Shown: one piece after another, positions 9,757-17,949 of the stretch
Layout of the letters: every line of letters begins with the position of its first letter
Position numbering within the stretch: position 1 is the stretch's first letter
NCBI GenBank assembly: GCA_964518625.1
Contig: CAZFHC010000004.1
Coordinates: 1 to 43,783, forward strand
Direction: 5' to 3'
DNA: 43,783 bases
Origin: Candidatus Woesearchaeota archaeon
GTDB taxonomy: Archaea > Nanobdellota > Nanobdellia > Pacearchaeales > GW2011-AR1
Program-made: the position numbers and the translations under genes
Notes under the pieces: generated by a model
The model's input: the letters and a program-made list of their open reading frames with translations, nothing else
Database searches by the model: none
Told to the model about the DNA's origin: nothing

Positions 9757-10359
9757 ATGGAATCAAACAAAACATCTTCAGATTTTTTCTTTTATGAGGC
9801 TGCACTTGTTAAGAAGACATCTCTGTTTAAGGAATGTACTAATATTGTTGTTGGGGATGGAGATTTGAACGCGAATATTGTTTTTGTTGGTGAAGCTCCT
9901 GGTAAAAACGAAGATTTACAAGGTGTTCCATTTGTTGGTGCTGCTGGGAAAAATTTGGATAAACTTTTGGATAGAGTTGGTTTAAAGAGATCTGATATTT
10001 ATATTGCTAATATCTTAAAATGTAGACCACCTGAGAATAGAGACCCGTTACCTGATGAAATAAAAATGCATACTCCTTGGTTATTAAAGCAAATTAGAGA
10101 CATCAAACCGAAAGTAGTTTGTTCATTAGGTAATTATGCTACAAAATTTTTTCTTGCTGGTGGTGAGGTTAAAATGATGATGAAGCAAACTGGAATTACT
10201 AATGTTCATGGGAAAGTTCAAGAGATTGAAATGGAGGGTGTGAAATTTAGATTGATTCCATTATTTCATCCTGCTGCTATTATTTATAACAGAACAAAAT
10301 TGACACCTTTGTGGGAAGAGGATATGAAAATTGTTAAGAGGGAGACGGCTAGCGTCTGA
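9757..10359 (+). CDS. udg: Uracil-DNA glycosylase family 4 (Fe-S ligands substituted)
   Basis: VFVGEAPGKNED, PFVGAAG, NILKCRPPENRDP, PLFHPAA. Confidence 0.92.
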   Translation: MESNKTSSDFFFYEAALVKKTSLFKECTNIVVGDGDLNANIVFVGEAPGKNEDLQGVPFVGAAGKNLDKLLDRVGLKRSDIYIANILKCRPPENRDPLPDEIKMHTPWLLKQIRDIKPKVVCSLGNYATKFFLAGGEVKMMMKQTGITNVHGKVQEIEMEGVKFRLIPLFHPAAIIYNRTKLTPLWEEDMKIVKRETASV

Positions 10360-10410
10360 ATATGCGATGTCGGACAATAAACATAAATAGTATATTGAAT
10401 CTCTTTTGTT

Positions 10411-10662
10411 ATGAGTAGAAAAGATGATTTAATTATCGAAAATTCATTTCTTGTAAATAATGATAAGAATGTAAACATTATTGGTCATGTAAATAGAAAA
10501 GACATTATAAAAGAACTTAAAGAGAATAGTAGAAAACCTACTGAAGAAGAAATTAGAAAACAAAGTAATAAAATAATCTTGAAAAATATACCAGACAAAG
10601 ATAGAAAAATATTAAAAAAACTTCAAAAAGAAATGGATGATTTTGAAATGAATGGCTTTTAA
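10411..10662 (+). CDS. Hypothetical basic protein
   Basis: 83-aa ORF, A-rich codons, no recognised motif. Confidence 0.5.
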   Translation: MSRKDDLIIENSFLVNNDKNVNIIGHVNRKDIIKELKENSRKPTEEEIRKQSNKIILKNIPDKDRKILKKLQKEMDDFEMNGF

Positions 10663-10747
10663 TCATTTTCTATTATTTTGTTCTTCAATTTAATTTATTT
10701 CTTAGAAGATACAAAACCCTTATATATTCTAAGTTATATTAAATTTT

Positions 10748-10906
10748 ATGAATGAAGAAGAAAGAGATTTAGCTAAAGAACATATTAATCTTGCTGAAGA
10801 GATTGTTGTTAAAGAAGCTGGTCAACTTGATGGTGAAGCTAAAAAAGTCTTAGAAGATGCTGCGTTTGCTTTGGAAAAAGCTGAAGCTGATTTGGAAGAT
10901 GCGTAA
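10748..10906 (+). CDS. Small acidic helical protein (52 aa)
   Basis: Not in ORF track. MNEEERDLAKEHINLAEEIVVKEAGQLDGEAKKVLEDAAFALEKAEADLEDA; host-like codons; TATA-like element upstream. Confidence 0.7.
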   Translation: MNEEERDLAKEHINLAEEIVVKEAGQLDGEAKKVLEDAAFALEKAEADLEDA

Positions 10907-10970
10907 AACTATATACAATTTATGATGTCTGAAAAATGGTAGACTTTTGTAATTGTAAAATGTTATTTTT

Positions 10971-11219
10971 ATGGTAGAAAAAAAGTGGTGTGTATATTTG
11001 TTAGAATGTTGTGATGGTTCCTTCTATACTGGTGTAACTAATGATGTTGATAAGAGGATGAAAGCGCATGCTACGGGTAAGGGAAGTAAGTATGTTTATA
11101 GAAAAGGTTTTAGACAATTATTAAAGACTAAAGATTGTTTGGACAAGTCTGATGCTTGTAAGGCTGAGTGGAGAATCAAGCAGTTGAAACATGATGAAAA
11201 ATTGAACTGGTTTGATTAA
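10971..11219 (+). CDS. Stand-alone GIY-YIG nuclease (UPF0213/YhbQ-like)
   Basis: WCVYLLECCDGSFYTGVTNDVDKRMKAH..GKGSKY; ACKAEWRIKQLK. Confidence 0.9.
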   Translation: MVEKKWCVYLLECCDGSFYTGVTNDVDKRMKAHATGKGSKYVYRKGFRQLLKTKDCLDKSDACKAEWRIKQLKHDEKLNWFD

Positions 11220-11312
11220 TGATAATTTTTGTATTTTAGAATTTATGACGAATTATTAAATTTACTAAAATGTTAGTAAATAAATTAATCCTTTGAATTA
11301 AAAGAAAAGAAA

Positions 11313-11393
11313 CGCCCATACCCCGAATCGGACGGGGATGCCCGTGAGGGCCCGGTTTTCTAGACCGGTGCAATACCATTATACGATATGGGC
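11313..11393 (-). tRNA. tRNA-Ser with AGA (A34) anticodon
   Basis: Acceptor GCCCATA/TATGGGC, G73; anticodon arm CCGGT-CTAGAAA-ACCGG; variable arm GCCC-TCAC-GGGC; T arm CCCCG-TCCGATT-CGGGG (C55). Confidence 0.9.
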
Positions 11394-11428
11394 TTATGTT
11401 TAAAGAATATAATTTAGCTTTTTAAATT

Positions 11429-12268
11429 TTACTTGAATGTTCTTTTAAGTAATTTTCTTATTTTTCCATATTTGAATGCTGAGATTATCTCTTTTGAATA
11501 TTTTGAGACTTCTTTTTCTCCGACTTCTATTATTTTTTTATATTTATGAAATTCCATTAGATTATAATTTCTCAGATCTGGATTGATAAATATGTCTGAG
11601 TTTTCTTTGGCATATTGTACTATATGATCGTTGGATTGCATTATAAGTAGAGCTTTTGAGAGCGTTTTTATTGTTTTATCTGTTTTTATTGTTCCTGTGT
11701 TTTCTCCGACTGATTCTATTGTAGTTCCTTTTAACTTGGAGCTTCCTACGTTTAATGTTATTATTTTATCTAAATTTTCTTGTTTTAGAATATCTACTGG
11801 TATGTTATTTCGGACTCCTCCATCTACTAAAATTCTATCGTTGATTTTCATTGGTCTAAATATTCCGGGGATTGCAATGCTTGCTCGGACTGCTTTTGAA
11901 AGATTCCCTTTATTAAATATTATTTCTTCTCCGGTGTTTATGTCAATTGCATTTACATAAAGTGGAATTTTTAAATCTTCAAAATTTTTATTTTCGAATA
12001 GATCGTTTAGATAGTTTTCAATTAAATTAGAATTCACTTTGTAATTTAGTGGGATACTTAGAATTTTTTTTAATGTGAATGTTTTCATTATTCCTTCAAT
12101 TTCTTGTCCTGTATGTCCTAAACAATATAGTGCACCAATAATTGAGCCCATACTACAGCCTGAAATACAATTTGGTTGTAAATTGTGTTTGTCTAAAAAC
12201 TTTATTAACGCTATATGGGCAAATCCTTTAGCTCCACCACCGCTTAATACTAATCCTACTTTGTTCAT
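11429..12268 (-). CDS. Patatin-like phospholipase
   Basis: LSGGGAKG, GCSMG nucleophile elbow, LVDGG. Confidence 0.93.
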   Translation of the reverse strand: MNKVGLVLSGGGAKGFAHIALIKFLDKHNLQPNCISGCSMGSIIGALYCLGHTGQEIEGIMKTFTLKKILSIPLNYKVNSNLIENYLNDLFENKNFEDLKIPLYVNAIDINTGEEIIFNKGNLSKAVRASIAIPGIFRPMKINDRILVDGGVRNNIPVDILKQENLDKIITLNVGSSKLKGTTIESVGENTGTIKTDKTIKTLSKALLIMQSNDHIVQYAKENSDIFINPDLRNYNLMEFHKYKKIIEVGEKEVSKYSKEIISAFKYGKIRKLLKRTFK

Positions 12269-12322
12269 ATTATATATATATTTTAGTAGTATAAAAATAT
12301 TGGTAAATAATTTTGACTAAAT

Positions 12323-12631
12323 TTAATCAATCATTTCAATCTTAATCTTAACTGTTCTTGGAATAGAAATACGCATTATGTTATGTAATACTTTATCGTT
12401 AGATTGAATATCTATAATTCTTTTATGAATTCTCATTTCGAATCTATCAAATGTAGCTGTTCCGTCACCACATGGAGATTTTCGAGTTGTAACTTTAAGT
12501 CTTTTTGTAGGTAATGGGATTGGTCCTGATATTGTAATACCTGCAGCATTAGCTATGTCCTTTATCCTATCAATAACTTGGTTTAATTTATCGATATCCA
12601 CACTTTGTAACTTAATTCTTACCTTGCTCAT
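12323..12631 (-). CDS. rpsJ: 30S ribosomal protein S10 (uS10)
   Basis: SGPIPLPTKRLKVTTRKSPCGDGTATFDRFEMRIHKRII. Confidence 0.98.
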   Translation of the reverse strand: MSKVRIKLQSVDIDKLNQVIDRIKDIANAAGITISGPIPLPTKRLKVTTRKSPCGDGTATFDRFEMRIHKRIIDIQSNDKVLHNIMRISIPRTVKIKIEMID

Positions 12632-12653
12632 AAGAATATTATAAAAAAATATG

Positions 12654-12661
12654 CTTTTAAA
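12654..12661. promoter_or_regulatory. Shared bidirectional TATA for rpsJ and the nuclease gene
   Basis: CTTTTAAA lies 22 nt from ATG 12631 (-) and 21 nt from ATG 12683 (+); starts are 51 bp apart. Confidence 0.6.
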
Positions 12662-12682
12662 TCTTGCTATTGTTTAATATTG

Positions 12683-13378
12683 ATGAATGGAAAACATATT
12701 TTAATTTTGATATTAATAATCGTTTCTGGAGCTTTGTATTATTCTTGGGCTGATTCAAAAATGACCAGTTCTTATTTGGAGGTTATTCGTATTATTGACG
12801 GTGATACAGTTGAATTAGAAGGAAATATTAGAGTTAGGTTATTGGGAATTAATACGCCTGAGAAAGGGATGTTAAAATCTGGTTTGGCTATTGAATATTT
12901 GGAAAATAATATTTTAAGTAAAAAGGTTAAAATTGTACATTTTGGAAGTGATAAGTATGGGCGAATTTTAGGGTATCTTTTTGTTAATGAAATTAATATT
13001 AATGAAGTTCTATTGGAGAAAGGTTTTGCGCATTTGTATTATTACGGGAAAGACAGGTTCTATAATGAGATGTTTGAGGCTGAAAAGTTTGCTAGAGAGA
13101 GTAAAATTGGAATTTGGGAAGAGTCTGTTAATTATGAATGTATTCGTTTATTGGAATTGAAATATAATGATGATATTTATGGTAAGGAAACGTTGACTTT
13201 ACAAAACGTTTGTCAAAAGGATATTGATGTTGTAATTAAAGATGATGCGACGCATATTTACAAAAGGACTTTATCAACTGGGATTTATGAAGAAAACTTT
13301 AATCATATTTTTAATCAAGATGGAGATAGTTTGTATGTTTGGGATGATTTTGGATTAGTTGAGTTTTATAGATATTAA
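12683..13378 (+). CDS. Membrane-anchored/secreted thermonuclease (SNase) with C-terminal beta domain
   Basis: N-terminal TM; IIDGDT, VRLLGINTPE, DKYGRILGY, KIGIW. Confidence 0.9.
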   Translation: MNGKHILILILIIVSGALYYSWADSKMTSSYLEVIRIIDGDTVELEGNIRVRLLGINTPEKGMLKSGLAIEYLENNILSKKVKIVHFGSDKYGRILGYLFVNEININEVLLEKGFAHLYYYGKDRFYNEMFEAEKFARESKIGIWEESVNYECIRLLELKYNDDIYGKETLTLQNVCQKDIDVVIKDDATHIYKRTLSTGIYEENFNHIFNQDGDSLYVWDDFGLVEFYRY

Positions 13379-13830
13379 TCTCTTGAATAAACTCCTCTGA
13401 TTTCTCCTGCTTCTATTATGTGTGCTTGAAATTCTTTTTTGAGTTCTTCTGGTTTGGCTCCTTCTTCTAGATTTAATACTTTGTCTAATGCTATTATGTA
13501 AAAATAATAGTTATGTATTCCGCTTCTTGCTGGTGGGCATGGACCGTCATATGATATGTTCCCATCTGAATTCAAAGCTCCTAAGCCTAATTGTTCTCCT
13601 TCTTTGATTATAACATGGCTATTTTCTGGCATTATGTTGAATCGTGCCCAGTGTATCCATGTGAATCCTACTATTTTTAGAGCATCTGGATCTTCGCATA
13701 AAATTATTAGGCTTTCTGTTCCTCTTGGTAAATCTTCTATTATTAGTTCAGGCGAAAGATTTTGACCGTCTGCAGTGTATTTTTCTGGAATTCTTTCACC
13801 ATCTTTGAAAGATGTGCTTCGAATTATCAT
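13375..13830 (-). CDS. YbhB/YbcL (PEBP) family protein
   Basis: NLSPEL, EDPDA, WIHW, YDGPCPP...GIHNYYF. Confidence 0.92.
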   Translation of the reverse strand: MIIRSTSFKDGERIPEKYTADGQNLSPELIIEDLPRGTESLIILCEDPDALKIVGFTWIHWARFNIMPENSHVIIKEGEQLGLGALNSDGNISYDGPCPPARSGIHNYYFYIIALDKVLNLEEGAKPEELKKEFQAHIIEAGEIRGVYSRD

Positions 13831-13862
13831 AATATTAATAAGTAAGATGTCTATAAATAATT

Positions 13863-14726
13863 ATGGAACATTACAAAATAGGTACATTGGAGTTAAAAAA
13901 TCGATTTTTGCTTGCACCAATGCTTGAACCTAATGATATTGCTTTTAGATTGTTGTGCAAAGAGGCTGGTTGTGGATTGACATTTAGTGGAATGACTAAT
14001 CCTTTGAGTGAGGATAGGCAATTTTTGGATGATAAGCCTATATTGCAGTTGTTTACGAGTTCTAATGAAGGTGTTAAGCTTTTTATTGAGAAGTATGATG
14101 AATTTGTTTCTGGTTGGGATTTTAATTTAGGTTGTCCTTCTAAGCTTTCAAGGCGTCTTGGACATGGAGCCTTTTTACAGAAAGATTTGGATAGTATTAA
14201 TGCTATTTTGAGAGATATCCGTGCTTCTACTAAGAAAGCTTGTGTTGTTAAATTAAGAAAATCACCTCATACTATTAGTATTGCGAAGCTTGCTGAACTC
14301 ATTGGTTTTGATGCTGTTATTATTCATTCTAGGACTATTTCTGAAGGTTATTCTGGTGAACCTGATTATGAGTTTGCGCTTGAATTGAAAAGAAATTTAA
14401 AAATTCCTGTTGTTTATTCTGGGAATGTTGGATTAAAAAATTATGAGAAGATTTTGGAAGATTTTGATTTTGTAATGATTGGACGTGATGCTATTGGAAA
14501 TCCGAATATCTTTGCTGAATTACTAGGTAAAACGAGTAAAATCTTGTTTAGTGATTATTTGATGTTAGCTAAAAAATATGGGTTGTATTATCGTCAAATT
14601 AAGTTTCAAGCAATGAATTTTACAAAAGGTGCAAATAATGCAAAGGATTTGAGACGTGAATTGATTAAAGCGAAAAATATTATAGATGTTGAAAAAGTTT
14701 ATAGTTTGTTTTCCAATAAACCTTAA
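13863..14726 (+). CDS. tRNA-dihydrouridine synthase family protein
   Basis: LAPM, DFNLGCPS, GAFL, HSRT, VMIGR..IGNP. Confidence 0.9.
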   Translation: MEHYKIGTLELKNRFLLAPMLEPNDIAFRLLCKEAGCGLTFSGMTNPLSEDRQFLDDKPILQLFTSSNEGVKLFIEKYDEFVSGWDFNLGCPSKLSRRLGHGAFLQKDLDSINAILRDIRASTKKACVVKLRKSPHTISIAKLAELIGFDAVIIHSRTISEGYSGEPDYEFALELKRNLKIPVVYSGNVGLKNYEKILEDFDFVMIGRDAIGNPNIFAELLGKTSKILFSDYLMLAKKYGLYYRQIKFQAMNFTKGANNAKDLRRELIKAKNIIDVEKVYSLFSNKP

Positions 14727-14750
14727 ATAAGCAGGGCGTTTTTTATTTTG

Positions 14751-16595
14751 ATGATTAATAGAATGATTGATGGTGATTTGGAATATTTGTATATTATCAA
14801 AGCTATGCAGGAGTTACCATTCTCAGTTGGAAAGAATCTTTTAGCTGATTTTATTATTGGAAGTTATAAGAATAAATCAATTTCAAAAAATCGTTTAGAT
14901 GAATTGCATCATTTTGGTATTTTAAATTGGGAGAAACAGAAAGTTTTGGATTTTATTGAAAAATTAAGAAGAGCTAAGTTAATTGAGGAAAAATCGCCTG
15001 ATTATAATAAGTTTGTAAAAATTTTTGAATTGACTTTGAAAGGACAAAATGAGTTGTTGAATCCTACTTTAAATGAGAAAAAGAAATTTTACACTGAAGG
15101 TTCAAAAGTTAATGATAAAGATCGAGAAATTTTTAATGTATATAATGATTTTCTTAATATCTATAATGATGAACAAAAAAAAGCTATTATTTCTAATGCT
15201 GAGAATATTTTAACTATTGCTGGTGCTGGTTCTGGAAAAACAACGACTTTGATTAAGAGAATTGAATTTCTTATTAGATATAAAAATGTTAAGCCAGAGG
15301 AAATTTTGGCTATTACTTTTACTCGTAAAACTAGGCAGGAAATGACTGCTAGACTTTCTGCTACTGGTATTGATGGTGTTAATATTCATACTTTCAACTC
15401 TTTTGCTGAGGGAATTTTGAGAAAGTATGAACAGGAAATTTATGGTAAGAGAATGAGAGTTATTAGTTATCCTGAAAAGCTTTTGGCTGTAAATATGGCA
15501 GTTTCGATGCTTGGATTTGATATGGAGTCTATTTTAAGAGAATATTTTTCTTCTAAACAGAGAGAAAATAAGACAACTTCACAATTATCAAATATTTTTA
15601 TGAATGATTGTTTTTCTATTATTGAATATTTTAAAATGACAAATCAGGATTTTTATGATTTTAGCGAAGAAGCTGATGAAAAACATAGATATAGTGCATC
15701 TCAATTATATAAGATTATTAATATTATTCTTGAGCATATGGATACTAATAATTTGAGAGATTATGCTGATCAAATTGTTGATTCTACGATTTTCTTCAAG
15801 AGAAATCCTTTAAAGATTCCTAAATATAGTCATGTGCTTGTTGATGAATATCAAGATGTTAATGCACAACAGGTTGCTTTGATGAAATTGTTGAATGCTG
15901 AAAACTTTTTTGCAGTTGGTGATCCTCGTCAGTCCATTTATGGTTGGAGAGGAAGTGATATTAATTTTATTTTAAATTTTGAAACTGATTTTGATAACCC
16001 TGAGATAATTCATTTAACTAAAAATTATAGAAGTAAGACTGAAATTGTTGAGTTAATGAATTATTCTATTAATGAGATGGAATTGCCTGGTTTGGAATCT
16101 GTTGAGGATTATAATGGTGCGGAAATTAAGTTGTTTAGTTTTGAAAATGAGAATGCTGAGATTAATTTTATTTTAGAGTATATTAAAGAAACTGATACTC
16201 CATTAAATGATATTTTTGTTTTAGCTAGAACAAATAAGCAATTGATTAATATTTCAAATGTTTTGAAACAAAGAAATGTTAAACATATTTTGAAGACAGA
16301 GAATGTTGGTGGTGATGTCAAAAATGATTATTTGACTTTAGCAACTGTCCATGCAATTAAGGGTTTAGAAGCTAAGATTGTTTTTGTTATTGGTTGTAAT
16401 ACTCAGAGTTTCCCTTGTAAGGCATCAGATCATCCTATTGTTGAGATGATTAAGGATGATAGATATGACAAGGAATCTGAGGAACTTAGATTATTTTATG
16501 TTGCAATTTCTAGGGCGAAGGAAAAATTATATATGACATATTCTGGGACACAAACTAATTTTATTACAGATGAGATGATGAAGCAACTGACATAA
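14751..16595 (+). CDS. UvrD/Rep-family SF1 helicase with N-terminal RQC-like winged helix
   Basis: AGAGSGKTT, LVDEYQD, VGDPRQSIYGWRG, NYRS, TVHAIKGLE, RLFYVAISRAK. Start moved to ATG 14751. Confidence 0.93.
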   Translation: MINRMIDGDLEYLYIIKAMQELPFSVGKNLLADFIIGSYKNKSISKNRLDELHHFGILNWEKQKVLDFIEKLRRAKLIEEKSPDYNKFVKIFELTLKGQNELLNPTLNEKKKFYTEGSKVNDKDREIFNVYNDFLNIYNDEQKKAIISNAENILTIAGAGSGKTTTLIKRIEFLIRYKNVKPEEILAITFTRKTRQEMTARLSATGIDGVNIHTFNSFAEGILRKYEQEIYGKRMRVISYPEKLLAVNMAVSMLGFDMESILREYFSSKQRENKTTSQLSNIFMNDCFSIIEYFKMTNQDFYDFSEEADEKHRYSASQLYKIINIILEHMDTNNLRDYADQIVDSTIFFKRNPLKIPKYSHVLVDEYQDVNAQQVALMKLLNAENFFAVGDPRQSIYGWRGSDINFILNFETDFDNPEIIHLTKNYRSKTEIVELMNYSINEMELPGLESVEDYNGAEIKLFSFENENAEINFILEYIKETDTPLNDIFVLARTNKQLINISNVLKQRNVKHILKTENVGGDVKNDYLTLATVHAIKGLEAKIVFVIGCNTQSFPCKASDHPIVEMIKDDRYDKESEELRLFYVAISRAKEKLYMTYSGTQTNFITDEMMKQLT

Positions 16596-16613
16596 ACTAA
16601 ACTATTTTATACA

Positions 16614-17105
16614 TTATTTTGGAAATTGAGATAATGCTTTTACTACATTAATTTCTAAATCCTGATTTTTATCAAAAAACTTTGCGAACAATTCTTGTAC
16701 TTTCTCATCCCTTTTTTTTATTTGACCTTTTATTCCTAGAAGTTTTGCGTATAGTTCGGTTTCTTTGTCTGAATTGTAGTACAGTGGTCTCGCTATTGAG
16801 TCTTTTGGAAATGGTCCTGTAAAATTTCCTTGTAAAATGTTTTTGAATGTTTCTTCTGCAACGTCGGATAGATTGTCATCTGTTATATTTGGTTTGTTTG
16901 AGAATTCTACTATAAATTTTTGTTCTATGATTTTTTTTAGTATTATGGTATTTATATTCTTTGATTCTTTTATTTGGAATGTTCTTGATTCTGAGAGCAT
17001 TTCATACTTACGAATTGTTCTGAAGACTTTCCTTTCAAAGTAGGCTATGAATTCTTTTTTTGTTAGTTTTCTTTGATTGGTAAATTCCCATACGTAGTTT
17101 GTCAT
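16614..17105 (-). CDS. Reduced TtcA/TtuA(Ctu1)-like protein lacking PP-loop and Cys motifs
   Basis: KKEFIAYFERKVFRTIRKYEML and IARPLYYNSDKETELYAKLLGI match the family ends; intact TATA 21 nt upstream. Confidence 0.6.
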   Translation of the reverse strand: MTNYVWEFTNQRKLTKKEFIAYFERKVFRTIRKYEMLSESRTFQIKESKNINTIILKKIIEQKFIVEFSNKPNITDDNLSDVAEETFKNILQGNFTGPFPKDSIARPLYYNSDKETELYAKLLGIKGQIKKRDEKVQELFAKFFDKNQDLEINVVKALSQFPK

Positions 17106-17176
17106 AATATGAAATGCTTTTTTACATTTTTATATCTTCCCAAAAACTTTATTAATTAATATTGATATCTTTTATT

Positions 17177-17344
17177 ATGAAAGGTGGTCTAGTTGTTCGT
17201 AGTAATGTTCGTAAGTCTACTAAGTTGCCTGTTAGTGATGAGTTTTTGAATGAATTTGAGAGAAAGGTTGATGAAATGTTAAAGAGGGCTGAGGAAAGAG
17301 CTAGAGGAAATTTTAGAAGGACATTGTTTGCAAGAGACTTGTGA
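17177..17344 (+). CDS. Small histone-fold protein (DUF1931-like)
   Basis: VSDEFLNEFERKVDEMLKRAEERARGNFRRTLFARDL, with histone RxT...D motif; ATG 17177 is 21 nt after TTTATTAA. Confidence 0.82.
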   Translation: MKGGLVVRSNVRKSTKLPVSDEFLNEFERKVDEMLKRAEERARGNFRRTLFARDL

Positions 17345-17425
17345 TTTTTGAATAATATAAATTACGGTTGATAATATTTGCTTTCTTTCCAAAACTTATA
17401 AAAGGATTTATTGTTTTAGTTTTGT

Positions 17426-17920
17426 ATGAGTGATGATGTTGAGCATAAGATTGATTTTGATGATGAAGGGAATATTGTTCTAAAAAAGAAAGTTAATATT
17501 AAGCGTGGTTCAACAAGTCGAGCGAGTGGTGGTCAGTTCGAATTAAGAGTTCGTCATGATTTAATTGATAAAGGTTGGATTGTTGACAAATGGAGCAATA
17601 ATGTTGATTTGGAAAATAATAAGGTTATTCCTGCTAGGAGAGTTTTTAGAAGATTCAAGGCGAATATGGGTGTTATGACTATTGGCACTGGATTCCCAGA
17701 TTTTATTTCTTTTCAATTGATGGATGATAAGTATAAAATTGTTGGTGTTGAAGTTAAAATGAATAACAAGTTATCTCGTGAGGAAAAAATAAAATGTGCT
17801 TGGTATTTGAAAAATAAAATTTTCTCTGAAGTATGGATTGCTAGTAAATATAAGGATAAAAATCGAGTTATGATTAAATATGAAAATTTTGTTGAAACTT
17901 ATCCTAAATTTTTAATATAA
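17426..17920 (+). CDS. PD-(D/E)xK nuclease, Hjc resolvase-like
   Basis: SGGQFELRVRHDLIDKGWIV, GFPDFISF, VGVEVK. Confidence 0.7.
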   Translation: MSDDVEHKIDFDDEGNIVLKKKVNIKRGSTSRASGGQFELRVRHDLIDKGWIVDKWSNNVDLENNKVIPARRVFRRFKANMGVMTIGTGFPDFISFQLMDDKYKIVGVEVKMNNKLSREEKIKCAWYLKNKIFSEVWIASKYKDKNRVMIKYENFVETYPKFLI

Positions 17921-17949
17921 ATTATAAGTTTTTCTATTTTTAGTTTTAA

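Noticed and set aside
10922-10978. Apparent duplicated GIY-YIG start (MMSEKW*, ATGGTAGA twice)
   Set aside because: Match too short to distinguish from chance.
10971-11219. GIY-YIG as a homing endonuclease or mobile element
   Set aside because: 82-aa stand-alone UPF0213 type with no DNA-binding tail or intron context.
11260-11281. 9-bp inverted repeat ATTTACTAA-AATG-TTAGTAAAT downstream of tRNA-Ser(AGA)
   Set aside because: Very AT-rich and single; plausible by chance or a simple terminator.
11359-11363. Reading the tRNA as Leu(TAG)
   Set aside because: The 5-bp stem fixes the loop as CTAGAAA, so positions 34-36 are AGA; G73 and the body match Ser.
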